Below, one piece after another: positions 19,640 to 29,132 of a stretch of 64,000 bases of DNA. Positions within the stretch are counted from its first letter, which is position 1. Each line of letters opens with the position of its first letter. Source of the stretch: Candidatus Sumerlaeaceae bacterium (GTDB taxonomy: Bacteria; Sumerlaeota; Sumerlaeia; Sumerlaeales; Sumerlaeaceae); the NCBI GenBank assembly GCA_051003195.1, contig JBPCLP010000025.1, positions 106,838-170,837 of the forward strand. Reading direction: 5' to 3'. Below the pieces are notes generated by a model. The model was not told where the DNA came from and made no database searches. It saw nothing but the letters and a program-made list of their open reading frames with translations. A program made the position numbers and the translations under genes.

Positions 19640-21826
19640 ATGAATGTTTCAACGTTCCTTCACGTCTCATTTGGATTCCTTGTTATGTCGACGTCCATCC
19701 CCGCCCACGCCGCCGAAACGCCCGCCGGCGACACGGCAACTTCGATCCCGGCAACACTGCTTCCTTTTAACCACGTACACGAACTCCTGGCCCCGCCAGA
19801 ACCCGGCGCCGACTACAGGCTATGGCGCGAGGGAATGCTGAAGTGGCGCGAGGAACAGCGCGCGGTGCTCGCGAAACTTCGCCAGGACCTGGACGATCCA
19901 TATGCGCTGCCGCAACTGCAGTGGACGCAGACGAGCTTCATGCAGATCCAGATGATGTCGCACGAGCGGTACTTCTACGATCCCGCCACCCGGAAGTACA
20001 CGGTGAATCGGCTGCTCGACGATCTCGAAAATCGCTACGGCGGCATCGACAGTGTGCTCGTCTGGCCGACGTATCCAAACATCGGGGTGGACAACCGAAA
20101 CCAGTACGACCTGTGGCGCGACATGCCCGGCGGGCTGGAGGGCGTCCGCAAGATGGTGGCCGATTTCCACCGCCGCGATGTCCGCGTGTTTGTTCCCATC
20201 ATGTTCTGGGATCACGGCACCCGCGAGGAGGGCATGCCTATGCCCGACGCGCTGGCAAAGCTGTGCATGGAGATCGGTGCGGACGGCCTGAACGGCGACA
20301 CGATGAGCGGCGTGACTCGCGACTTCTACGACGCCAGCGTAAAAATTAATTACCCGCTGGTCATGGAACCGGAAAACGGCATGAGCGACATCCAGATGCT
20401 GGCCTGGAACACGATGACGTGGGGCTACTTCTTTCCCTACCAGGCCGCGCCGGGCGTGAACAAGTTCCGGTGGGTGGAGCCGCGACACATGACGCACACG
20501 TGCGACCGCTGGGCCCACAACCGCACGGACATGCTGCAGTACGCGTTCTTTAACGGCGCGGGTCATCAGGCATGGGAGAACGTGTGGGGCGTGTGGAATG
20601 GAATTACGCCCCGCGATGGCGAAGTCATCCGCCGCATCCAGATCATCTACAAGGCGCTGCCCCACGGCGTGCTCTCAAGTGACGATTACGAGCCGCATTA
20701 TCCCACGCTGAAGCAGGGCGTTTACGCGACGCGTTTCCCATCGGCGAACGGGACGCTGTATACGATCGTCAATCGAACCAGTGACGCGCTCGACGAGCCG
20801 CTGCTCGAGGTCGCGGATGCGGCCGGTTCCCAGTGGTATGACCTGTGGAACGGCTCCGGGAAGGTGACCGTGACGCCGGGTGCGAACGGCGCTGCGGCGA
20901 TCCGTGTGCCACTCGATCCCAATGGCTACGCCGCAGTTTTCCAGGCGAAGGGCGAGCTGGAGAAAATGGCAGGGCTGCTGAGCGCGATGGCCGACCGCGA
21001 GAAAACCCCGCTGGCGTCGCTATCCAACGAGTGGCGCGTGCTGCAGCAGCGCATCGTGCCGATCGCGAAAACGTCGGCGGCGACCACCGCGCCGGAGGGG
21101 ATGGTTCGCATCCCGGCCGGGCGGTTCGTGTTCGAGGTCGAAGGCGTGATGATCGAACAAAACGAAGGCGTCGGGGTGCAGTTCCCGTGGGAAGATCAGC
21201 CGGAGCTGAAGCACGTCAAACCGATGGATATCGCGACGTTTTACATCGATAAATATCCCGTCACGTGCGCACAGTTTAAGAAGTTCGTGGATGCGACAAA
21301 CTATCGCCCCGCCGATGATCACAATTTCCTGAAGGGCTGGAACGGCACGAACCTTCCCGATGGTTATGCGAAGAAGCCCGTGACGTGGGTGTCGATGGAG
21401 GACGCGCGCGCGTACGCCGCGTGGGCCGGCAAGCGCCTCCCCCACGATTGGGAATGGCAGTTCGCGGCGCAGGGAAGCGATGGCCGGCTTTTTCCGTGGG
21501 GCAGCAAGGACCCAGCGCGCGTTCCGGCGTTCCACGAAACACGTACGCAGCCACCGCCGGACGACGTCGACGCGCATCCGGCCGGGGCGAGCCCGTTCGG
21601 CGTAATGGATCTTGTAGGCAACGTGTGGCAGTGGACCGATGAATTCCACGACGACCACACGCGCGCCGCCCTGCTACGCGGCGGTAGCAATTACCGTCCA
21701 ACCACTTCGCACTGGTACTTCCCGCAGGCGCACGAACTCAACAAACACGGCAAGTACCTGCTGATGTCCCCCAGCCTGGACCGCTCCGCCACGATCGGCT
21801 TCCGGTGTGTGGCCGACGCTAAATAG
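19640..21826 (+). CDS. Secreted protein with C-terminal FGE-sulfatase (SUMF1/EgtB-like) fold
   Basis: GMVRIPAG, FYIDKYPVT, PVTWVS, KRLP..WEWQFAA, GNVWQWT, GFRC; large N-terminal domain. Confidence 0.85.
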   Translation: MNVSTFLHVSFGFLVMSTSIPAHAAETPAGDTATSIPATLLPFNHVHELLAPPEPGADYRLWREGMLKWREEQRAVLAKLRQDLDDPYALPQLQWTQTSFMQIQMMSHERYFYDPATRKYTVNRLLDDLENRYGGIDSVLVWPTYPNIGVDNRNQYDLWRDMPGGLEGVRKMVADFHRRDVRVFVPIMFWDHGTREEGMPMPDALAKLCMEIGADGLNGDTMSGVTRDFYDASVKINYPLVMEPENGMSDIQMLAWNTMTWGYFFPYQAAPGVNKFRWVEPRHMTHTCDRWAHNRTDMLQYAFFNGAGHQAWENVWGVWNGITPRDGEVIRRIQIIYKALPHGVLSSDDYEPHYPTLKQGVYATRFPSANGTLYTIVNRTSDALDEPLLEVADAAGSQWYDLWNGSGKVTVTPGANGAAAIRVPLDPNGYAAVFQAKGELEKMAGLLSAMADREKTPLASLSNEWRVLQQRIVPIAKTSAATTAPEGMVRIPAGRFVFEVEGVMIEQNEGVGVQFPWEDQPELKHVKPMDIATFYIDKYPVTCAQFKKFVDATNYRPADDHNFLKGWNGTNLPDGYAKKPVTWVSMEDARAYAAWAGKRLPHDWEWQFAAQGSDGRLFPWGSKDPARVPAFHETRTQPPPDDVDAHPAGASPFGVMDLVGNVWQWTDEFHDDHTRAALLRGGSNYRPTTSHWYFPQAHELNKHGKYLLMSPSLDRSATIGFRCVADAK

Positions 21827-22728
21827 GCAATGTCCGCATTCCTTTTACGCATCCCTGCGAGTTTGCCAGGTTTCGGAACCGGTGCTGTCGAATTAAAAGA
21901 ATCGAGTTTGATGGGCAGGCGCCGGCGTATGCACGGTTTTAAAACGGTCGGTGAGCCTCCTTAATCAAAACTAATCAAAACAATCAAACAATTGGCGTCG
22001 CTCATTGGCATTTCACGATTTAAATCAAACAGGCCAAAGGGGGGTATTTCGCCCTTTGATTTCCGTAATATTCCGATCATGTGGCCGCGCGTGCTCCAAA
22101 GATCGGCGGCGTGAACGACTTAATAGCAGGGGCGACTAAGGTTGGAGGTTTTCAAGTTTTCAAGTTTTTCAAGTTGGTATTCAAGTTTGCGTATGAAAGC
22201 TTGAAATGCTTGCAGATAAATCAAGTTGGCGAAAAATGGGTAATTTCGCCACTTGAAAAACGGTAATCCTCGCGTAAGAATTCGCGGGGGCCGTGGATTT
22301 CCCGCTTCCTCGCGCGATGGGCGGCTCTTTCCGCCAGGCGCAAAGACGTAAAATGCCACGCGGATTGGGCACAGAAGTCCCTTTGCCGTCGGTCACGGCG
22401 TTCGGGCTGCATAGTTTTCAAAGAACGTGTTCAGCTTTACTACGCTGACACGTTTACACCAGTTGTGGAGGGGGTGTCACTTCCCAGGCGTCACCTTAGG
22501 GTACGCTAAGTCCAATAAAGTCGAAGAACGTTTTGGGCGAAGGTGCGCTGATGCGTGCGGGCAGCTCCGGAGGAGCGCGGTTGCTCGAGTGCCATTGATG
22601 TGGAGATTTCAGCGAGAAAGTTTGATCGTCGAGCGTCGCAGAGTGGACGCGCTCCCAAAGCCCCGTAGATGATCTTGTGGTGAAGTATTGCTTACGCTAG
22701 CAAATTAATTAGTGAAAACGTCAACCGT

Positions 22729-22859
22729 GGGGCTGTTGAAAAACCCTGTGTCTTTGTTCGACCCTTGCAGGGTCGTGAGGATATTACGCTCCAGATCCGC
22801 AGGTTGCACCTGCGGCTATTCATGTTCGACACCTCCGGTGTCGGTTTTTCAACACCCCC
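22729..22859 (+). mobile_element. 131-bp MITE family C, copy 1, inserted in a family D repeat
   Basis: TIR GGGGCTGTTGAAAAAC / GTTTTTCAACACCCCC; flanking direct repeat ACCGT (22724-28, 22860-64); internal REP-like hairpins. Confidence 0.88.
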
Positions 22860-22895
22860 ACCGTCCCCGAATTAAAGACCGACGTAGTTCGCGGT

Positions 22896-23618
22896 TTAGC
22901 GTGTGCTGCCGGATTCCGGACCAATGCCGGGTCCCAGGAAAAAGACGTCCCCAGCGCTGACGGTGCCGTTCGTAGGGTCATAGGAGGTGGCGTTCGGGCT
23001 GTCGTGACCGAGTGTGGTGGCGTTCAGGTCAGGCCCGACACTTCGCAGCGCCCACAAAACGCCCGCGCTCCGGCTGATCCGTTCCGTCCATAGCGGCGGA
23101 GTAAGAGGAATGACAATGTTCTCATCCCGCCCATCCGGCGTCATGCGGTACGCGTAGTCAAAAGCGCACACGCTTGCCAGCTCGCCGCCCGGGCCCGTTT
23201 TGTAGTATTCCCCGAGCTGCGGGTTCCGGTAAACCGCGGTGCGGGCGAAGGTATCTTCGGGGATTGAGGAAAGATAGGCGGTTGGAGTGGTCAGAACAAT
23301 AAACCGGTTAATATAGTAGGCATAATTGCGAACGGATGTCGGAACCTGCCCGCCGTATGTGGGTTGATTATCCTGAAAGTCCGGAGGGTACTTGTTATCG
23401 TCGACCCGATACGATTCAAGGGCTGTGGCAACAGTTCTCATGTCGGCTTTCACTCTCGAAACCTTGGCCCGCGTCTGCGCTTCGAGAAAGTTCGGCACTG
23501 CGATGGCAGCCAGAATGGCGATGATTGCGACGACGATCAGCAATTCGATCAGAGTGAAGCCACGATGAATCTTCCCGCCTGGATGGCACGGTACAAAACA
23601 ATAGGACATAATGGTCAT
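22896..23618 (-). CDS. Type IV pilin / pseudopilin-like protein (N-methylation motif)
   Basis: G|FTLIELLIVVAIIAILAAIAVPNFLEAQTRAKVSR; C-terminal YDPTNGTVSAGD. Confidence 0.92.
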   Translation of the reverse strand: MTIMSYCFVPCHPGGKIHRGFTLIELLIVVAIIAILAAIAVPNFLEAQTRAKVSRVKADMRTVATALESYRVDDNKYPPDFQDNQPTYGGQVPTSVRNYAYYINRFIVLTTPTAYLSSIPEDTFARTAVYRNPQLGEYYKTGPGGELASVCAFDYAYRMTPDGRDENIVIPLTPPLWTERISRSAGVLWALRSVGPDLNATTLGHDSPNATSYDPTNGTVSAGDVFFLGPGIGPESGSTR

Positions 23619-23857
23619 CTCCGACAGCTTTGCGGTTTGGGTTTGGATCTACTGGTGCAAGTTGTTGCGGGCAAATTTGCAGATGCAATCAATAACGCTA
23701 CCGCGCACCAGGTCTAAGGCGTGGAATAAAGTGCAATCAGCCTCGCCGGCATGGTTGCAGGCGGCCCCGGCTCGTTGTCAAAGTCATGTCATTCACAATA
23801 GTCATCTGGAAATCTCAATCACATCACGGTAAATTCCTGCAGCTTCTTGCGCGTCGG

Positions 23858-24166
23858 CTACTTTGCTGCCGCTTTATCGAGTCCATCAAGCAGCGGGCCA
23901 AATGCATCCCCGATCTTTGTTTCCGGCGGGAGAGGCGGCGGCAGCTTCGCGAGACAACGCTGTAGCACGGCAGTTAGATCAGGCATGGGAGCGACTTTAT
24001 CAAGGTACGCGCGCATCTCCTTGTCCGCCGCGGCAAGAAAGGCGGTGGGGTTCCTTTTATCCCGGAGCCGCAGCAGACGCGCCGCACTCGTGAGCTGATC
24101 GGAATCAACCAGCACTATCCCGGCTGGTTTCTGCGGCTCTTCGCTGCCAAGGCTTTTAGCATCCAT
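23858..24166 (-). CDS. Hypothetical protein, possibly a C-terminal gene remnant
   Basis: Plausible ORF MDAKSLG...GLDKAAAK that starts right next to the MITE-interrupted repeat. Confidence 0.3.
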   Translation of the reverse strand: MDAKSLGSEEPQKPAGIVLVDSDQLTSAARLLRLRDKRNPTAFLAAADKEMRAYLDKVAPMPDLTAVLQRCLAKLPPPLPPETKIGDAFGPLLDGLDKAAAK

Positions 24167-24190
24167 GCGCCATAGAAATTCGGGGACGTT

Positions 24191-24321
24191 GGGGCTGTTG
24201 AAAAACCCTCTATCTTTGTTCGACCCGTTCAGGGTCGTGGGGATATTACGCTCAAGATCCGCAGGTTGCACCTGCGGCTATTCATGTTCGACACCTCCGG
24301 TGTCGGTTTTTCAACAGCCCC
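24191..24321 (+). mobile_element. 131-bp MITE family C, copy 2, inserted in an inverted family D repeat
   Basis: TIR GGGGCTGTTGAAAAAC / GTTTTTCAACAGCCCC; flanks ACGTT / ACGGT; near-identical to 22729-22859. Confidence 0.88.
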
Positions 24322-24432
24322 ACGGTTGACGTTTCCCCCAATTTTTGGCGCCGATATGGGTCTATTTTCCACGCTTTCGAGGAGCATTGATTCGCTGGGC
24401 GCGTGCATAGGATGGGATGGGGCGTGCGCCTC

Positions 24433-24589
24433 AGGAGGTGAACGGGTGTCGCGAGTGGCATGCCGCCGCCAGCATCGCCAGGTACACTGCGCGATCCTCG
24501 GGCTCAAAGATCACCGCCGCGCGATGATTGCCCCGAGACGTGATGTGATACGGCTCACCCGTCACAACAACTCTTGCAAATCGCGGGAT
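24433..24589 (-). pseudogene. Second RAYT remnant
   Basis: Manual translation (I)PRFARVVVTGEPYHITSRGNHRAAVIFEPEDRAVYLAML, then a frameshifted VHLL remnant and a stop. Confidence 0.75.
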
Positions 24590-24713
24590 GAGGCATTTCG
24601 GTAGCGTTCGACGTGCTCAACGCAAAAAGAAAAATTCCACGTCCTGAATTTTCAAGCGGGGACCCTTCAACGAATCCAGCCGTTGAACCAGCAGAAGTTC
24701 CGGCTATATTCAG

Positions 24714-25025
24714 ATGACCAAAAAACCTGTCCAGCATGCCATTATATTTGGGTTTCTCGTTTTACTAGTCGTTTTTGCTTTTGTTCTTTATATTACTGGC
24801 GGGCGGTTATGGTTCGGGCCCACACGCATTTCGGTAGGCACTGATTTTGCAGACAGCATGTTTAAATTAGGTCGCCCAAATCGGCTTGTCATACAACCAG
24901 CGGAACGCTCGTGTATTGTTCGCGCTGAGTATTCCGCTGGAAATGCTCTGTTTGGGTATTGGTCATATTACATTGAGACCGATTCCACCGGCAAGGTAAC
25001 AAAATTCTTTGCGGATCGATTATGA
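24714..25025 (+). CDS. Small hypothetical protein with N-terminal TM helix
   Basis: 103 aa, hydrophobic N-terminus, locally AT-richer DNA. Confidence 0.5.
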   Translation: MTKKPVQHAIIFGFLVLLVVFAFVLYITGGRLWFGPTRISVGTDFADSMFKLGRPNRLVIQPAERSCIVRAEYSAGNALFGYWSYYIETDSTGKVTKFFADRL

Positions 25026-25059
25026 AATTGGGGCGCGCGCGGAGTTCCGCAATTGCCGT

Positions 25060-25737
25060 CTATGGAAACCTGGTGTAGATCTGACCCAGCGTATCTCTTT
25101 GTGTTCGAAGGATCTCGCCACTGGAGATTGTGCCATTTGTCGAGTCGTATATCCAGCCGAGCGTGGTGTCCAATGTGCCAATCGTGTTGAATATCTTGTC
25201 GGGTCCGAGGCTGTACATCCGCCAGTAACCATAATCCGCAATGTCCCCCTCATTAAAGCCACTGCCAGGATCGGCAGCGAACTGGGCAATGTTATGGTAA
25301 ATGAAAGTCATATCAAACAGATTGCCACTAGCGTAGGAGAGGCCTGTGTCCGGCGTCCTGTTGTTCGTACCTCCTATTTTGAAAACATCCTGCGGGACAG
25401 ATGAGAGGTAAGCCACGGGTGTGGTGAGCTGCTGAGGCACACCTCGCCAAGCATTGCGCCTGGAGCTTCCGTAGCCATTATTCTGGTTCTCCGCCTGCCC
25501 ATTCGGTGGCGCTCCAAGCATAGGCGGATATTTGTTATGGTCGACTGCGTAGGACTCCAGTCCGGTCGCCACGGTGCGCAGATCAGTGCGTGCGCGGCTG
25601 ACTTTCGACCGCGTTTGTGCCTCGAGGAAGTTGGGGACGGCGATGGCTGCGAGGATGGCGATGATCGCCACCACGATTAACAATTCGATGAGCGTGAAGC
25701 CGTGCCGTCGCCGATCGCGCGAGATTTTGGGAACCAT
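25060..25737 (-). CDS. Type IV pilin / pseudopilin-like protein, paralog 2
   Basis: G|FTLIELLIVVAIIAILAAIAVPNFLEAQTRSKVSR; LTTPVAYLSS; YDSTNGTISSGE; AAGAAGG RBS. Confidence 0.92.
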   Translation of the reverse strand: MVPKISRDRRRHGFTLIELLIVVAIIAILAAIAVPNFLEAQTRSKVSRARTDLRTVATGLESYAVDHNKYPPMLGAPPNGQAENQNNGYGSSRRNAWRGVPQQLTTPVAYLSSVPQDVFKIGGTNNRTPDTGLSYASGNLFDMTFIYHNIAQFAADPGSGFNEGDIADYGYWRMYSLGPDKIFNTIGTLDTTLGWIYDSTNGTISSGEILRTQRDTLGQIYTRFP

Positions 25738-26060
25738 AGTACGTTTACCTTCTTAAAGAATATGAAAGATCAGAACCATTTACCAAACTGCTTGTGCCGC
25801 CGGAAAGTCAATGGGGATTTCCAGGAGCGAGACCGAGATCGGGTGCCGTCCCGAATGCCACTATGCAGAATTCAGGCTGATAGTGATGCGCTTACAAACT
25901 CATGTAAAATTAACATGATAACAGATTTTGAGACGATACAAGCTCGATTAGCATTATCAAGCCTCGGTGCACAATGAGCGTCAGCTCGGAGGATCGCGCA
26001 TTGTGGAGGCGGAAACCCAGATGCTCATTCCAGTGACACTTACGCCGTCTACCCGCTTCC

Positions 26061-26069
26061 TGGTATACT
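26061..26069 (+). promoter_or_regulatory. Candidate extended -10 promoter for the four-gene helical operon
   Basis: TG-g-TATACT about 180 nt upstream of ATG 26249. Confidence 0.35.
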
Positions 26070-26248
26070 AATGGCGGGTCTGTCTGGCCATGTGTCGGGT
26101 TTGGGTTGACACCGAGCGCCCGGAAATGGCTGCTTTGTCTTGATTAGCTTAGTCCCCAGTGGCTGTTTTAGCGGGCGGTTCACGCGGATGCGATGGGGAG
26201 AGCGCGGGTGGGCCTTTTGTGCTTCTGCCGGCGCGGAAAGGCAGTGAT

Positions 26249-27148
26249 ATGGCAGACTCTATTAACGACTTACTGGACGAGAACCAGAAGGCGGCCGAGC
26301 AGCTCCTACTGAACATCACCGCGGCAAAGGACCTCATTCACAATGTGAACGATAACTTCCTGGTGCCGCTTCAACATCGCGTGATGAAGGACAGCTCAAA
26401 GGATCTTGTCGAAGTGCTCGAGGAACTAAAGGCCAGGCTGGTAACGGAGAACACCGAGTTTAACCAGTACCGCGATAAGCTTACTGAGCATTTTCACCAT
26501 ATTGAACGGAAAGTTCACGAACTGGACGTCCGCGTCGACGACGTGGAAGACTCCCTTGTGGCCATGTGGGACGCGATCCGCAAGAATGTGGAAGTGCTGA
26601 CTGAACTGACTGGGGAGCACGACGAGGAGGAAGAAGAGCGCTCCGGGAATCTGTTCGAACAGATAAGGGAGCAGATGGAACAGGTGACACATCAGCAGCA
26701 AAAGAAGGGGTTGCTCTTCGACGAGTTGCACGCCGCAACGGAAGCCGCGCAGGACCAGGTGGAACAGCTGGCCACGGAACACGACAGTGCCATAGATAGA
26801 CTGGGCCAGGCGCTCGCTGAAAAACACGACACGCTGCAGGAGGTATTCAAGCAGCTGGCGGCTTATCACCTGGAGCAGGATGAGGAGACGTTCTCCACGG
26901 TGGGCGAGTCCATATCGCGCGCCGCAGAGAATGTGCTATCGAAGCTCGGCGAAGAAGTTCCGGGATCGCTGAACTCCTCGGCGGAGGACGTGGTTGGCGG
27001 ACCATTCAGTCAGCTGCTTGAGGCGGCGTCGCAGAAGCATGAGTCGCTGGCAGAGGAGATCCAGCAGATCCTCGAGAAGATGCAGGAAGTTACCAGCTCG
27101 CTCAACGAAGTAAAACCGGTACTGAACACCATCGAATCCATTGGCTGA
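26249..27148 (+). CDS. Uncharacterised acidic alpha-helical protein 1
   Basis: 299 aa, E/D/Q/H-rich amphipathic helices; GGAAAGG RBS. Confidence 0.85.
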   Translation: MADSINDLLDENQKAAEQLLLNITAAKDLIHNVNDNFLVPLQHRVMKDSSKDLVEVLEELKARLVTENTEFNQYRDKLTEHFHHIERKVHELDVRVDDVEDSLVAMWDAIRKNVEVLTELTGEHDEEEEERSGNLFEQIREQMEQVTHQQQKKGLLFDELHAATEAAQDQVEQLATEHDSAIDRLGQALAEKHDTLQEVFKQLAAYHLEQDEETFSTVGESISRAAENVLSKLGEEVPGSLNSSAEDVVGGPFSQLLEAASQKHESLAEEIQQILEKMQEVTSSLNEVKPVLNTIESIG

Positions 27149-27176
27149 GAGACGCACGGCGGAAAGGACGTAACTC

Positions 27177-28166
27177 ATGGCACCCAGGGACGCGCAGGTT
27201 TCTACAGACGAAGCGATTCAGAACCTCAAGACGCTGCTTGGCACGCTACAGTCGGTAAACGAAAGCATGACGACGGAAATGGAGGAGATCCGCGGGCAGA
27301 ATGACGAGCGTGAAAAATTTGTGAACGAGATCGACCACGAGATCGAGGACCTTACGCGTCGACTGAAGGAGTACGACGACAAGGTCGAGCAGGGTATGAA
27401 CGCGGTTGAGAGCAACATCAATGAGGATTTCAAATACGACTTTTTCATCCGTATACAGGACATGACGCAGGCGTACCACCAAGAGGTGGACAGCACGATT
27501 ATTCTGTCGAACGATACTCACGCGAGCCTTCAGAGCGCGCACGAGCAGTTCATATCGGCGCATGAAGATTACATGCACGTGGAGTTGGAATCGCTGGAAG
27601 TTACCAGTGGGATAAGCGATGATACCAACGCGGCGTACGAAGCGCTGCACACCAGCCTGCAAGAGGCGAAGGAGCACGCGGAGTCGCACGTTGCAGAAGC
27701 CGGCGAAGCGCTTACTGGCGCGACCGCGCACCTGGCAGAGGACGCGGTCAATACGGCTTCTGAAGTCTTTGACGCCCTGGTGGATGCCGTCACTGGCGGG
27801 TTGATGGACACTTCCACGGAAACGTGGTCTCTTTTCAAGGAGCGGTGCGAGAACTGCACTTCAGATTTTTCAGGTTGGGTGGATACTATTGCAACCGAAA
27901 CAGATGGGCTGGGGCGCGAAGCGCTGGAGAGTCTTGGCAAGCATCTGGACGATCAGCTGAAGTCGCCGCTGGAGCAGCTGTTCGACAAAGCGCGTGAAGA
28001 TGGCGTTGCTTCAGTGATGGACGAAGTTGCAGAGCTGCTCAACGTGATGGGTGTCAGCACCACCGCCGCGGCAGCGCTTAGCCCGCTGCTGCCGGCACTC
28101 TGTGTTGTCGAAGCGGTGCTGGATGCGTTTGAGAAAATCCTCGAAGCTTTAACCCTCGGCGACTGA
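27177..28166 (+). CDS. Uncharacterised acidic alpha-helical protein 2 (hydrophobic C-terminal segment)
   Basis: 329 aa; GGAAAGGA RBS; ends VMGVSTTAAAALSPLLPALCVVEAVL...LTLGD. Confidence 0.85.
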   Translation: MAPRDAQVSTDEAIQNLKTLLGTLQSVNESMTTEMEEIRGQNDEREKFVNEIDHEIEDLTRRLKEYDDKVEQGMNAVESNINEDFKYDFFIRIQDMTQAYHQEVDSTIILSNDTHASLQSAHEQFISAHEDYMHVELESLEVTSGISDDTNAAYEALHTSLQEAKEHAESHVAEAGEALTGATAHLAEDAVNTASEVFDALVDAVTGGLMDTSTETWSLFKERCENCTSDFSGWVDTIATETDGLGREALESLGKHLDDQLKSPLEQLFDKAREDGVASVMDEVAELLNVMGVSTTAAAALSPLLPALCVVEAVLDAFEKILEALTLGD

Positions 28167-28188
28167 CGGGTCAGGAAAGGTACGCGAA

Positions 28189-29118
28189 ATGGATCCACGT
28201 GCACAGATGCTCGGCTCAATGGCCATCGAATTGCCTCGCGAGCTGAACACGATAGAAGGCCAGCTCCGCAATATCCTGGAGCTGTTTCACGAGTTTGTAA
28301 ACAGTCTGAACGACAAGTACAACGCACTCGGCGATATGCAGACGGAGTTCGACGAAGCCCTGGAGTCGTATAAGACGATCTTCGAGGGGCACCACCATTA
28401 CCTGGATGGCCTCATCGACAAGTTGGAGAACCTGTCGGCGTCGGTTCTTAAAGCCGTGAACGAGACGCAGGAGGATTTGGTCGAGGCACTGGTCGAGATC
28501 CAGAAGGAACAGATTGAGGCCATCGTGGAGCAGATGACCCACGCCAAACAGCAGAAGCAGGACTGGTGGGAGCAGTGGCGCAACGGCAGCATCCTCTTTC
28601 AGCAGAAAGCGATGGCATCGCAGGCGTCACTGGAGAAGAACGTGTCCGAGGTGCAGGACTTCGTGAAATCGCTTGGACACCTTGTGGCGGAGGGGCGCGA
28701 ACTCTCGGAAGCAAAGGTGGAGACGCTGTCGCAGCGAATGCAGCAGGTGCACCATGACGCCGGCGAAAAGGTGCAGCAGATGAGTACGCTTTTTGAGGAG
28801 ATGCACGAGCAGTTCAGCCAGCAGCTCAACACAGCGCGCGAGCACCAGCTTGGGCCGCAGATCGGGAAACTGCTGGAAGGCTTTGAGCAGAAACTTACGG
28901 GCGAATTGACGCCGAAAATGGATGAGCATACGAGCGGGCTGGGCGAGTGCGTTGCTCAGCTTGCGGAGCAGCTCATCAGCTCCCGGGATCGATCTTCATC
29001 CGTACGCCAGGAGCTTGCGCCCCAGGCCGACGCCGTAAACGAGCTGGTCAATCCGATCGGCAGCGCATTGGAAGCAGCAAAGGAAGCGGTGGGCAAGGTC
29101 GGGCTGACGCTCGGCTGA
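28189..29118 (+). CDS. Uncharacterised acidic alpha-helical protein 3
   Basis: 309 aa; GGAAAGG RBS; ends VGLTLG. Confidence 0.85.
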   Translation: MDPRAQMLGSMAIELPRELNTIEGQLRNILELFHEFVNSLNDKYNALGDMQTEFDEALESYKTIFEGHHHYLDGLIDKLENLSASVLKAVNETQEDLVEALVEIQKEQIEAIVEQMTHAKQQKQDWWEQWRNGSILFQQKAMASQASLEKNVSEVQDFVKSLGHLVAEGRELSEAKVETLSQRMQQVHHDAGEKVQQMSTLFEEMHEQFSQQLNTAREHQLGPQIGKLLEGFEQKLTGELTPKMDEHTSGLGECVAQLAEQLISSRDRSSSVRQELAPQADAVNELVNPIGSALEAAKEAVGKVGLTLG

Positions 29119-29132
29119 GAGGGAGACGATAA

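Noticed and set aside
22427..22672. Possible RAYT C-terminal remnant before the D repeat
   Set aside because: Resemblance too weak to claim without alignment.
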